From: Porphyridium purpureum
Taxonomy: Eukaryota
Direction of reading: 5' to 3'
Length of the DNA stretch: 64,000 nt
Assembly: GCA_008690995.1 (NCBI GenBank)
Contig: VRMN01000001.1
Span: 992,001-1,056,000 of the forward strand
Shown here: one piece after another, positions 20,041 through 30,495 of the stretch
Position numbering within the stretch: the stretch's first letter is position 1
Layout: each line of letters starts with the position of its first letter
The notes under the pieces: generated by a model
The model's database searches: none
Told to the model about the DNA's origin: nothing
What the model saw: only the letters and a program-made list of their open reading frames with translations
Translations under genes and position numbers: made by a program

Positions 20041-20929
20041 CCGTCGCGCCTCACCACCTGCGCGTGGATTTGTCGCGCGGCTCCTTTTCACACAAAACTG
20101 CGCGCGTTTCCATACAAACACCACCACCCCTTTTTCTCTTGCCCAAAAAACCCGCACGTCTTCTCTTGCTCGCACGACGTCGTAACGCGAGATGTGTGTG
20201 CGTGATGGTGTCTGATTCTCTATATGCACGTTCATCTTTTTTAATAGGCACACACGTGTGATATTTGACGTGAGACACGAAACGCTGCGTTTTCTTCTTC
20301 CTAGTGGAGAATTGCTCCTCTTTTAGTTTTGTTCGTTCAGTTCTGTTTGTTTTTTTGCTTGTTTTTTTTTTCGTTTCGACGCCGCGAGTCGTCGCGTGGC
20401 GGAAGCCGAGCAAGCACTACGCGCAACAGCGCCAAGTCGGGGGAAAGGCCCTTATAAACTGGCGATTCCGCGCTCAGAATAATCAACCGTGCAAGCGCAC
20501 TTATTTTTCGGTCGTTTTCTTCCTTTTCGTTCCTGGAGCACTCGGCAGGTGGCGAAAGGGGTTCTTGGTCGGTGTGGGAGGAAAAAGCGGCGAGCACGGG
20601 TGTGCGGGCGGGGGTGGTGAGTAGTGGCGGCGGCGTCGGTTGGGAAACGAGCACTCTGAATTTCCGCGACGCGCGTGTTCGTAGCTTCTTGCGCTGTTCC
20701 AAGGCCGGGCCGGGTGAGACACCACGCGGCTCGCCTGCAGAAACGCTGCGCGCAGCGGGTCTCACGTTCGGTCGGGTTTCTCCGTGGTTTTCGGGGGTTT
20801 GCGGGGTTTTCGGCGCCACCCGCGAAGAACGAAACGAAGGGAGCAACAACGCGGCGGTGGGAAGGCGGGTCGAGTTCGCGACGCGGATCGGGAGTGCGTC
20901 GCGCGGTCGCTCGTGCAAGCGAGATAGGT

Positions 20930-22519
20930 ATGCAGTCGCACGCGGCCGGCGAATGCGATGAGGATTATTTGAAGATGAACTCGCCGCAGATTCTCGCTCC
21001 GCTTGGCAATAGCCAGCCGGCCGGTATTGACATGACCAAAAGTTCGATGGGTCTTGACGCAGGGAACCACAAGGATAGTTCGGCAATCAGTAACCGCCAC
21101 CTCACGGGAAAAGGCGTTCAAGGCGCGCGCAATCCATCGCTGCCGCAGCAGTACACGCCGCAAAACATCGACGCGGCAGTGACTCCACTGCTCGGCATGC
21201 GCAATGCTCAAGCGGCGCTCATGAATAGCGGGATGCAGACATCTGCCGGTATGAGTGGGCCGGAACACTACGCCCCAAGCAGTTTGTTTTCATACGCCGG
21301 CGCCGGCGCGCCTCCGCATTCAATTTCCTTAACGAGTGGATTCGGCACTCCCAACTTGTCGGCGTGGCCCGGTGGCGCGTCAATGGGCTCGCCACTTTGG
21401 TCGTTTCCTTCGCCAGCATTACCGGGCCCGACGCCCAACTTTTATCACGTCCAGTTCCCACACACATACCAAAGCTCGGGAACGGGGATGACGGACCAGC
21501 AGCATCAGCAGACGCGGCCGACCAAGCACGGCGGCGAGCACTTCATGTCACCAGTCTCGCATCCGATGCTGCGGGAGCGCGTCGGTGGCTTTGGGGACGT
21601 CGGTTCACCATCAGATGCCGTGCTAGGCAATACGTCCGCGCAGTTTGCTTCCCAACGGTCGCAGCAGCAGGGCGCTTCTTTACCGCAGTCCCAACCTCAA
21701 GCGCTTCTTTCTTCGCAACTGACCATGGCCACTGGTATTCTTTCGCCAAGCAGTTTTGATCCTTGGACGCCTGCTTTCGGCACGAGTCACGCGCTGGATC
21801 AGTCGACGCCTGCGTTCCATGGAACACCGGCAGGGCACGAGGCGCTGTTGCTTCAGCGGGAGAGGAAGAGACGTGAGTTTCTGTCGCTCTCGAGGGAGTG
21901 CGCGCTGGCGCCGCAGCAGCCGGATGGACCAGTAGAGTCGCAATCCGCCGAGCCGCAAGCACAAGGTCTTGCTGTTAATGCGCCCATTCGAAGTGGAGCC
22001 GCCCCAGTAAGCTGGAAGATTTCGAGCAAGAACGACGGATCGTCTGCAAGTGGACTACCCGCGCGCCGCCATTCGGACGCTGAAACCGGAAGTGCGGGCG
22101 CGCCGGATGGCTCTGGCTTGAGCGCGCAAAACTCAGTCTCGTGTGAGACTTGCCTGGAAACGTTCAGGTACCGGAGCCGCTTGCTGTATCACATGTGTCA
22201 TCAGCATGGCGACACGTCCTTGTTCCCGTGTGATGCATGTGAGTCTGCGTTCCGCAGGCCGTCAGAGCTGCGTAAGCATGTTGCGTGTGTTCATGCCAAG
22301 CACCGACCCTTCCGCTGCGACGAATGTGAGGCTGGCTTTTACTTTCGAAAGGATCTTCGCAAGCACGGACTTACTGTGCATGAGAAGTCAAAGAAGCGTA
22401 AGTGCGGGAATTGTGGCGTCATGTATTCGGGGCGCGAGGAGTTCAGAGTACACTCGGAAGGGCTGTGCAGGGATTCGAAGAGGAATGAGAGGCCAGCGCG
22501 CCCAGTGGGACCTTCATAG
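20930..22519 (+). CDS. C2H2 zinc-finger transcription factor (start ATG 20930 or 20975)
   Basis: Three C2H2 fingers (CETC..H..H, CDAC, CDEC with HRPF linker) plus a fourth C2HC-like finger, after a low-complexity N-terminus. Confidence 0.88.
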   Translation: MQSHAAGECDEDYLKMNSPQILAPLGNSQPAGIDMTKSSMGLDAGNHKDSSAISNRHLTGKGVQGARNPSLPQQYTPQNIDAAVTPLLGMRNAQAALMNSGMQTSAGMSGPEHYAPSSLFSYAGAGAPPHSISLTSGFGTPNLSAWPGGASMGSPLWSFPSPALPGPTPNFYHVQFPHTYQSSGTGMTDQQHQQTRPTKHGGEHFMSPVSHPMLRERVGGFGDVGSPSDAVLGNTSAQFASQRSQQQGASLPQSQPQALLSSQLTMATGILSPSSFDPWTPAFGTSHALDQSTPAFHGTPAGHEALLLQRERKRREFLSLSRECALAPQQPDGPVESQSAEPQAQGLAVNAPIRSGAAPVSWKISSKNDGSSASGLPARRHSDAETGSAGAPDGSGLSAQNSVSCETCLETFRYRSRLLYHMCHQHGDTSLFPCDACESAFRRPSELRKHVACVHAKHRPFRCDECEAGFYFRKDLRKHGLTVHEKSKKRKCGNCGVMYSGREEFRVHSEGLCRDSKRNERPARPVGPS

Positions 22520-24289
22520 ACATTTTATCGATTGTGCGGTTGATTTCTATGCAGGAGTTTGCGCGCCTTACAGGATGGACTGTTTGCAGGCGCCAGAGTC
22601 TGGAAGCAAGTATCCCTGGATTTTTGGGCGTTTCTTTCATGGATGCTGGCTGATTCGAATACGCCCAAGACAAGATCCTTTCCTTTGTTTGGTGGAGAGA
22701 ACTATTGGCTCGTGAAGCGATCAAAATCTGGGACTTGCCGAAATCACGTTGCAGGGAGAAAAATTGACAAAGATGTGGGGAACCAGCCATGTTTTGCTCT
22801 GTGTTGTAGATAGCACAAGCCTCGTGGGGCAGCAAGGGCAAAATCACTTGATGATGACGAAGTGAATGGCATGAGGCTGGTGGACCATGGATCAACATTT
22901 TCAGGGGCAGCGTCACCCGGGAAATGCATTTCAGAAACAGTTATTCTGTAAATAGGATAGCTCGATAGAGACCTTAATCGAGCAATACATGATATGATTG
23001 GTATAAGAACCTCTGAGCTGCCGCACACATGTCCACTACTTTCATTTCACTGTTTGGTGCTGAGCACCCGCGAACTTCTTGCGCACAAATCCGCACGGTG
23101 TGGTCGCAGGTGTTGCAAGAGTCACAAAATAGGGTGGCTGCTTCCGTCGCAGTGGTGTCAAAATTTGCAGACTGTCCTGAATTGTTACGCCAAGTGGACC
23201 ACGATAAGAGTGTGGCCGCGTACTTTTATTTGAATGACGCAAAATGTAGGGGCACGCTTCTGTGCCCAGATGACTGGCGGCACGAGGTGGTATTCCGAGA
23301 GCTTTTGCAGAATTCTTTTTTGTTCATTTTTGTTCATTTTTGTTTTCTTTTTTTGTTTTTGAATAGACACCTCCATCGACAGGCGCACATGCGGTGACGT
23401 CCTGGGCTTCATCACAGCAGCCACGATTTTGGATGGGATCGGCAAATGAGAAGGCACTCCACAAAGGAGCAGGCACGTATCGAGTCTCTGTGCACACCTG
23501 CCTGCCCGCCGCGTCGTTTTCTGCGGTGTCGGTGCTTCTGGGAAAACAAACTGATCACCCACGTCAAAGCCAGGCATGACTGAGAGGTCTCGTCCATCGG
23601 ACAGCTTGCGTGCATGTCCAAGCGCCCTGCTTCTTTGGCCAGGTCGCACGCGGTAACCGTCACGACCTTATCGAGTTTCCGAGTCCCTTGTGCATATATC
23701 TTCCTACTCTCAGCCTTGTTCTCTTCCTCGCTCAATTTCTGCGTCTTAGCGAATCCTTGCTCAATCTGATCCACAAAAGCAACACAGGTCTTCCATCCGG
23801 GGATACAAATACGCCGCGACATGGATGCCAATTGCACGGTGATGCGGATCCGCTAGCGCAGCCAACGTGGCTAACCTCATCAACATATCTACTTCGAGCA
23901 TCTTGCTAGCTCCAGACAACGCATGACTTCATCAGCTCGACCAGGTCAAATGGTCTCATCGACATGTGCGTATGCACGCGCTGTTGCGGAATTTCAAACA
24001 AAACCACTGCAGGCGACCGGCACGACGAGGGATACGATTGAAGTCTGACTCGGTTGTGTCCAAATGGGAAGTACACGTTCCTTTGCCTACAGCGTCGATG
24101 TGGGCCATTTCAGTGCAAGAACCGAAAAGTAAGCGCCGTCCACGACAGTCTGCCGGACCAGTAGTGGAGCAGAAGGGACTTCCGAAGGCGGACATGGAAA
24201 CGATAAAGTGAACGTGTTCAGGGAAATCGAAACAACATTTTCATAGCGCTTCAATCTGTGCAACAACTTCATCAAGGATCACGGTCCGA

Positions 24290-25471
24290 TCATAGCCTAT
24301 GATGAGGGCGCAAGGGTGCGTGAACAAGGCTATCCATGTCTGGAGCCTCGTCGAGCTCAACTTCCAGGTTCACTTTCTCACCGTTTCGCAGAACGCAAAT
24401 ACGCAGCGCATCACCGACCTGCGTGTTTTCCAGGTAACGAAACACGTCGTTGATACCGTTGACGGCGACCTCGTTGAGCGAGAGCACAATGTCACCAAGA
24501 ACGAGGCGCCCATTTGGTGCTCGAACCGTGGCAACGACTCCGGCGCGTGCAGCAGGCCCATTCTCGCGAACGCTAAGAACCAATAGGCCCGTCTCAATCC
24601 CCATTTGTCGGCTCAGAACATCCGGCGCGAAGCCCAGACCCAAGTATGTGTGACGTACTCGACCATGCTCAAGGATCTCCTCTGCAGCGCGAACCACACT
24701 GTTCATGGGCAGAGCAAAACCAACACCCGCAAACGTGCCCGAGTTCGACGCTATGGCGCAATTCACTCCAATCACCTGGCCGCTACTGTTAATCAGCGGG
24801 CCTCCCGAATTCCCTGGGTTAATTGCGGCGTCGGTCTGGATCACGTTGAACATGGGACGCACTCTCTTGCCCGCGGCGGCAATCTCACGGCCCAAGCCAG
24901 AGATAATACCTGCAGTTAATGTAAACTCGAGGCCAAATGGGTTGCCAATGGCATACACGCGTTGCCCGACGCGGAGTCCGGCGCTGTCCTTGAGCCGCGG
25001 CAGCGGCGGCGGCAGCGGCGGTAGCGCGTCGGCAATGACTTTCGAGCTTGGCCTTACCAGCTCAATTACAGCAATGTCCCGAAATGCATCGCGCCCGAGC
25101 ACACTTGCCGAGTAGTACAGCCCAGGCTGCAGCGAAGAGAAGCGCACTTGTATTTCTGCCGCATCTCGCACCACGTGCCAGTTGGTAATCGCGTGGCCAT
25201 GTTCATCCCAAATAAAGCCCGTACCGGCGCCTTTGGCCTCCACGCCTCCGCGGTGCTGCTGTTGCTGCAGTACCGTACTGATGTGGATGACAGAATGTCG
25301 CGCGTGCTCAAAGATTCGCGACGCGTGTTGCTCGTCAGCAAACACGAGCTGTGCCGCCTGACTCTCCGACCATGTTTGGGTTTTCGGGACGACCAACTCT
25401 GGCACCGCTGCAGACGGCGCGCTCGTGGCACTCGCGCACCATTGAATTTGCCCCTCTACTTCCGGCTCCAT
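24290..25471 (-). CDS. Deg/HtrA serine protease (Deg1/Deg8-like; trypsin + PDZ)
   Basis: GTGFIWD, TNWHV, DIAV, IQTDAAINPGNSGGPL, and a C-terminal PDZ domain (GDIVLSLN). Confidence 0.93.
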   Translation of the reverse strand: MEPEVEGQIQWCASATSAPSAAVPELVVPKTQTWSESQAAQLVFADEQHASRIFEHARHSVIHISTVLQQQQHRGGVEAKGAGTGFIWDEHGHAITNWHVVRDAAEIQVRFSSLQPGLYYSASVLGRDAFRDIAVIELVRPSSKVIADALPPLPPPLPRLKDSAGLRVGQRVYAIGNPFGLEFTLTAGIISGLGREIAAAGKRVRPMFNVIQTDAAINPGNSGGPLINSSGQVIGVNCAIASNSGTFAGVGFALPMNSVVRAAEEILEHGRVRHTYLGLGFAPDVLSRQMGIETGLLVLSVRENGPAARAGVVATVRAPNGRLVLGDIVLSLNEVAVNGINDVFRYLENTQVGDALRICVLRNGEKVNLEVELDEAPDMDSLVHAPLRPHHRL

Positions 25472-26950
25472 CTTCCCAAACTGGATGTCACCTCGACTCA
25501 GTTCGAATGTGTTTCATCTACCATTCGAACCTGTAGCCGGAATGTCTCTTGGTTCCCGGAAACCAGCAAGGACCGGAGAAGCATCGCAACGCCTGGAAGA
25601 TGTTTCGGTCGAACCGCTGGCGGCTTGTAACAAGGAAGGAGTGTTTCGAATCGCAATGGCCGGATAGGCAATAGAGAGCAAGGTTACGTGTACGCGGGCT
25701 GTGTCTGGAATCACGTCTGCGCATCGTTTTCATGCCACGGACCGTGTTGTCAACTTTGTGTCTTGGCCATTGAACAGGCAGAAGACTGAAAGCATCATCT
25801 CGTCATCGTCGACGCCCATGTTTATTCTGCAAGACAGCGTGATGCGGGTGAACTTCAATGGCACATGATCGCCTTCAAGTATCAACGTACGACATACAAA
25901 CAGGTTCATCAGCGACGTCGGCTCAAGTCACAACTTCAAGCACAAAGGTCTGCTCTCCCTTTTGGACGCTGTCGAAGAAGAGCGTTCCGGGAGGGATGTT
26001 CTCACTCCCTGAGAAAGATGTGGTCGATTTGGGATCAGCTTGCATGAAAGTATGTTCCGAAAACAGAGCCCACGGCTCTATGTTGTTTCGTGTGGCAAAG
26101 GCGCAGCATTCGGTTCCGGCGCAAACTAGTGTTCAAGTATCACTTTTAGTGACAAAGTCATTCTCGTCAAGGAAGCTTTGTACACTAGCAAGACGTGGAC
26201 TCTTTGCAGGCGAGTCAAACCCATTCTTTGTGGTGAAACGACGCGCAAGTTTGGAAATTGTTGAGCAACATTAGATCATGATGACAATGGAGCGAAGAAT
26301 GCTTTTGTGCACGACAACGAAACGTAGGGGTTTTCGGTCTCCATCTTTGGGGTCTGACCCCTGCCGAGCGGTCACGTTCGACCGCACAGGAAGTCTGGAG
26401 CTGCTACGCGTTGAGATTTTGGCGAGTGTTTGAAAACTTCGAATTTAGTCTTATGCAAAGCAACTGTCGTTCCTTTTGATTCCGTCGCACAAAAAGTCAT
26501 GAAGGCCCCTAGATTCTGTGAGGGTGAGCCAGGCTGAAAATACATTCACGCAGAAAGACGTCAGAGAGGCATATTTTGTTCGCGCATTGGTTGCCCGCTG
26601 AAGGGCGCTGCAGGATACTTTGAATATACTTGGTATTTGCGGCGTGCTACTCGAGCGCTAGACGCTTGACCCCGGGACGTCACCAGGCCGTTGCCATGAT
26701 CTTGGAGAAAATGAGTAGGAGGTATTTGTCGCAGTCTCGTGACCTGGAAAAAAGTTTGGAGAAACGCAAGGTTTGTCAACACACAAAAGGCGAGCCAGGA
26801 CACATGCATGACGCGCACTGCTTTCACTCGCGCTAAAGCTCAGCGACAAAGCACGGAGGGCTAATTATGTGCAGATCAAAACATCGAGATCCTGCTTTCC
26901 AGCGCAAAATCACGCGCTTGGTACAAAGCGGTGGTTGCTGCGAGGCAAGC

Positions 26951-27964
26951 TTAGTAGAGACAAATATCTGCTATGAGATTCAAATGGTCACTTGGGAAAG
27001 ATACCGAAGGGAGACGAGTGGCAGGGATCTGCTCGTCGGAAGGCTGAGCAAAACACCCGACTGGCGCAATCGATCGACAACAGTCACAGTCAGCCATGCT
27101 GCTCTCCGGACCGTTTCCGTTGTTGCCGCTCTTGCTATTCTTGGCGCTCGCCTGATCTGTGTCACCATCCCGATAGAAAATGTAATCGATACAGCGCCGC
27201 AGCTCCTTGTCCCGGATTTTCCAGGTCGTCCATAGATTGATGTCCCCTAGTATTTCTCCGTAAAGCGATAGAAGTCGGCCTTCTGATCCCAACGCCATTT
27301 CAACAGCGGTCTCACTTGGCTCAGCGTTGAAGTCCCCAGCGACCACCAGAGCGCAGCCCTGCGGAATCATGCTTCCACTGTTCAGTGCCGCTAAGAGCAT
27401 CTGCATCTGTCTTTGACGCACTGCCGCAAACTCGACTTTGGCTTTCAAATGTGTTGCTGCTAACCCAAAGCGGCGACTCTGTTGGGATGAGACTGTTTCT
27501 GCAAGGCAAAGAAGCACGAGCTGCGGGTCGCCGACGTCACCAAACTTCATGACTCTATTCGCAACAATCCTGACGCGCGCCGGATTCACAAACACGCACA
27601 CTCCAATACCGGTGCCTTTCGCCTCGTCCCCGCGGAAACCGCTGGCGCCCAAAGTCAAACAGAATCCCGTGCGCACGTCTGGCTCGCACAGCTGGGATGC
27701 GATCTGGTCCACTCCAATCGCGCCGCAACGGTCCACTTCTTCCAGACAAACCACGTCTGGCGTGTACGTCCGAATCTGCTCAACGATCAAGGCGAGCCGC
27801 AGCGGCGCTGCGCTCACCGCCTGCTCTGGCACGTACGGAAACGACTCGTTCGTCGCGAGGCTTTGTGCCAAAATGTTCCATTGCATAATGCGCAGCGGGA
27901 ATGCCGGGCTACTGTTTGTCACATCGCGCGGCTCCTTGGCGTACTTGACGTACGGACGATCCAT
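26951..27964 (-). CDS. Nocturnin-like EEP phosphatase (CCR4/nocturnin family)
   Basis: MQWNILA, CLEEVD, THLKA, GDFNAEP, TTWKIR, IDYIFY, PSDH. Confidence 0.88.
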   Translation of the reverse strand: MDRPYVKYAKEPRDVTNSSPAFPLRIMQWNILAQSLATNESFPYVPEQAVSAAPLRLALIVEQIRTYTPDVVCLEEVDRCGAIGVDQIASQLCEPDVRTGFCLTLGASGFRGDEAKGTGIGVCVFVNPARVRIVANRVMKFGDVGDPQLVLLCLAETVSSQQSRRFGLAATHLKAKVEFAAVRQRQMQMLLAALNSGSMIPQGCALVVAGDFNAEPSETAVEMALGSEGRLLSLYGEILGDINLWTTWKIRDKELRRCIDYIFYRDGDTDQASAKNSKSGNNGNGPESSMADCDCCRSIAPVGCFAQPSDEQIPATRLPSVSFPSDHLNLIADICLY

Positions 27965-28113
27965 CACAACGACTCGACGTTCCGGGTGGGCGTCGGCGCC
28001 AACACCAAATACAGTTTTACATCGCTCTCATGCGCTTGAGCATCAACACGAGTTACTGCATTGTCCAAAGAAAAGGGACAGAAAGTCATCGGTGTTGAAG
28101 TTGGCGGGTGATC

Positions 28114-30270
28114 ATGGGTGAATTCCGGACTCTGCACGATGCCGATCCGTTTCGCTTACCGATCACGGCGCTAGAATGGTGTGAGAAGTTCGATCTGATC
28201 GCGGTGGCCACGCAGGCTGAGTTGCACATCTGCCGGCTGGGCCTGCAGCGTCTCGCGGCTACTAACCAACCCGTGCTGTCCCTTTCGTCAGCGATCACGT
28301 GCATGAGCTGGTCACCAGATGGCCGCTATGTGGCAGTGGGAGAGCAACGGGGTATTGTACACCTCGTGCACGTCGACCAGGTTCCCGTGCAGCCGACGCA
28401 AACGCCACCAGTGCGCGAAGGTGGCACTGCCGGTGCCGGTCATGTTACGGCAGCGGTAAGTGCGCAGAGCCAAGGCGCAGACAATCGCAGAATCAAATAT
28501 GGGGTTGCATTTGAGTCGCGCGCAATCTCAAGAACTGAAGGAGTCGCGATCACTGCGATTGCCTGGATGTCGACCGCCGCGCAGCATTCACGCGGAGCGT
28601 GGGACCTGGGCGTTTCAGATGAATACGGCGCTTACGCGGACCGCGTGCAGCTTTTGCATTATGAGCTAGATACACTGAGAAGAGGTTTCGATGATCAGCC
28701 GAACTCAATGGTCCTGTTCTGCGGAGATGCTGCAGGGCGTGTTCATCTCACAGCGTGCGGCCTGCATTACCCTTTCGCTGTGTTTGAAGCCGAAGCAGGC
28801 GTGCGGTCGCAGGAGCCTTTGCGCCGGGATCGCGTGTTAGCCCTCCAACAAGACAACGAAGACCAACCTAGTGCCGTGGCCATCTACGCTGAAGCGGGTT
28901 CAGGCGGCTCTTTTGACATGTACTCTTTGGTGAAAATCGGCCACCTACTCCCTGAAATTCTGCGCGTGGCGCCAGAAGCGTCCGTGCTGCCCCGAGCAGC
29001 AACCGCACTTGAAACTTTAGTGGCAAATGTAGCCGAAAAGATGGCGGAAGTGTCAAGCGCTCTGTCCAAGCGTATGGAGGCTGCGGCTCAAGTACTAAAG
29101 GATTACGGCGATATGAGCACGGTTGAGGAGGCGTTCGCTTCTGTTGCGTGCGGTGCACCGATTGAGCTGGCTTTATCGCAAGCTTTTACACAAGTCTTTA
29201 GTGAACAGGAGTTGCTTCGCTTGAAGCGAACGAGCTTCAACGCGCTGGATCAGGCAGCAAACGCTATTGCAATCGACGCGAAACCACTGCTCCATGTACT
29301 GGTTCTGCGCACAAGTGAGTTGCGGGCGCTGCTTCGCGTCCCTGGCCACCGATTTGGAGAGCTCGGCTTTGACTTTGAGTTTTGGGATCGCATTTGTTCC
29401 CTGAACTTGGAGACAATGCAGCGTTTTGACAGCTTGCTTGTGCACTTGGCGGAAGTGTCGACATTGATTGCCAATCTCTTGGATTGGCTCACCGGAGAAG
29501 CCCTTTTGGTGTCAGGCGAGGACGCGGCTGAAGACGAACAAGAAAGACGTGATACGGAAGCGTGGAACATTTTACAGGGGGTGTCGCTCGGAAGCCTCTT
29601 GCGAGGACTGAAATGTAGGTTTGGACTAGATGCGCTCAGCGTTGCAGTTCGTGAGACTCAGGCCGCGCTCGCTGATTTGCGCGACCGACTGGATGGAGCC
29701 TTTTTTGCGGACGAACGGCATATTGACGGCAAAGACTTCTCCCCATTGTATTCGCATGACCTCGTGTCTTCTGACATCGGAAGGGTACGCAGTGTGGTTG
29801 CGCATTCTTGCGGGCTCTTTGGAACAGACCGTCAGTCCGGCAATGGAGTGGAACTGCTCGGTGTCCTATCCGACGGACGTGTGGGATGCTTAACACTCCC
29901 TGGAGCAGGATTGAAACCCCAGGCATTCAACAGTCTTTGTCTAGAGGAGCTTGGGCGTGTATTGGATGTCTGTCATTACCGGGCGCGTCGTCTGATCGTA
30001 GTGCGAAAGGCGTCTGCAGCGGTGTCCGACTTGATTCTTGAGGTGTGGGAAGTTGAGGACAAACCCAGTGAGAGCCATGAGCACAATATGCCGCGCGTGT
30101 ACAAAGTGGCAGGTAGGAGTGTGCGCGTGTCGCACTCAAACGTCAAGGTTGCTTTGACAGTGAGTCGAGGCCGCGGAATCGTAACACTGTGCATTGGGCG
30201 ACGTAGGCTCGTGTCGTTTGATCTAGAAGATACCGAATCGGGGGATGAGTCTGAGGACGCAAAGGAATGA
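28114..30270 (+). CDS. APC4: Anaphase-promoting complex subunit 4-like
   Basis: N-terminal WD40 (WCEKFDLIAVAT..ICRL..QRL..WSPDGRYVAVG) followed by a long helical region. Confidence 0.75.
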   Translation: MGEFRTLHDADPFRLPITALEWCEKFDLIAVATQAELHICRLGLQRLAATNQPVLSLSSAITCMSWSPDGRYVAVGEQRGIVHLVHVDQVPVQPTQTPPVREGGTAGAGHVTAAVSAQSQGADNRRIKYGVAFESRAISRTEGVAITAIAWMSTAAQHSRGAWDLGVSDEYGAYADRVQLLHYELDTLRRGFDDQPNSMVLFCGDAAGRVHLTACGLHYPFAVFEAEAGVRSQEPLRRDRVLALQQDNEDQPSAVAIYAEAGSGGSFDMYSLVKIGHLLPEILRVAPEASVLPRAATALETLVANVAEKMAEVSSALSKRMEAAAQVLKDYGDMSTVEEAFASVACGAPIELALSQAFTQVFSEQELLRLKRTSFNALDQAANAIAIDAKPLLHVLVLRTSELRALLRVPGHRFGELGFDFEFWDRICSLNLETMQRFDSLLVHLAEVSTLIANLLDWLTGEALLVSGEDAAEDEQERRDTEAWNILQGVSLGSLLRGLKCRFGLDALSVAVRETQAALADLRDRLDGAFFADERHIDGKDFSPLYSHDLVSSDIGRVRSVVAHSCGLFGTDRQSGNGVELLGVLSDGRVGCLTLPGAGLKPQAFNSLCLEELGRVLDVCHYRARRLIVVRKASAAVSDLILEVWEVEDKPSESHEHNMPRVYKVAGRSVRVSHSNVKVALTVSRGRGIVTLCIGRRRLVSFDLEDTESGDESEDAKE

Positions 30271-30495
30271 CAAGCTTGCTTTCAAAAACTAGCATTTTGT
30301 TCCTAATATGTGTATGTGTATGACTACTCCCACTGTGATACTGTGCTCAGAAACCAAGACCGAGGAAGACTCCAAGCCGCCACTGTCATGAATGTAAAAG
30401 AGCACGGGTGCGCGCACGGACGTACGAAAACTCTCTCTCTCTCACACACACACAGTAGCAGCAAAGATAGTCGTAACAGGACATCCGCTTACCTT

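Noticed and set aside
19523..20261. THTHT/VCVCV ORFs here and near 33440-34294 and 46450-46863
   Set aside because: Translations of CA/TG microsatellites.
26000..26045. Minus-strand SQIDHIFLR resembling a LINE endonuclease motif
   Set aside because: Isolated, bounded by stops, and no other endonuclease or RT motifs found nearby.
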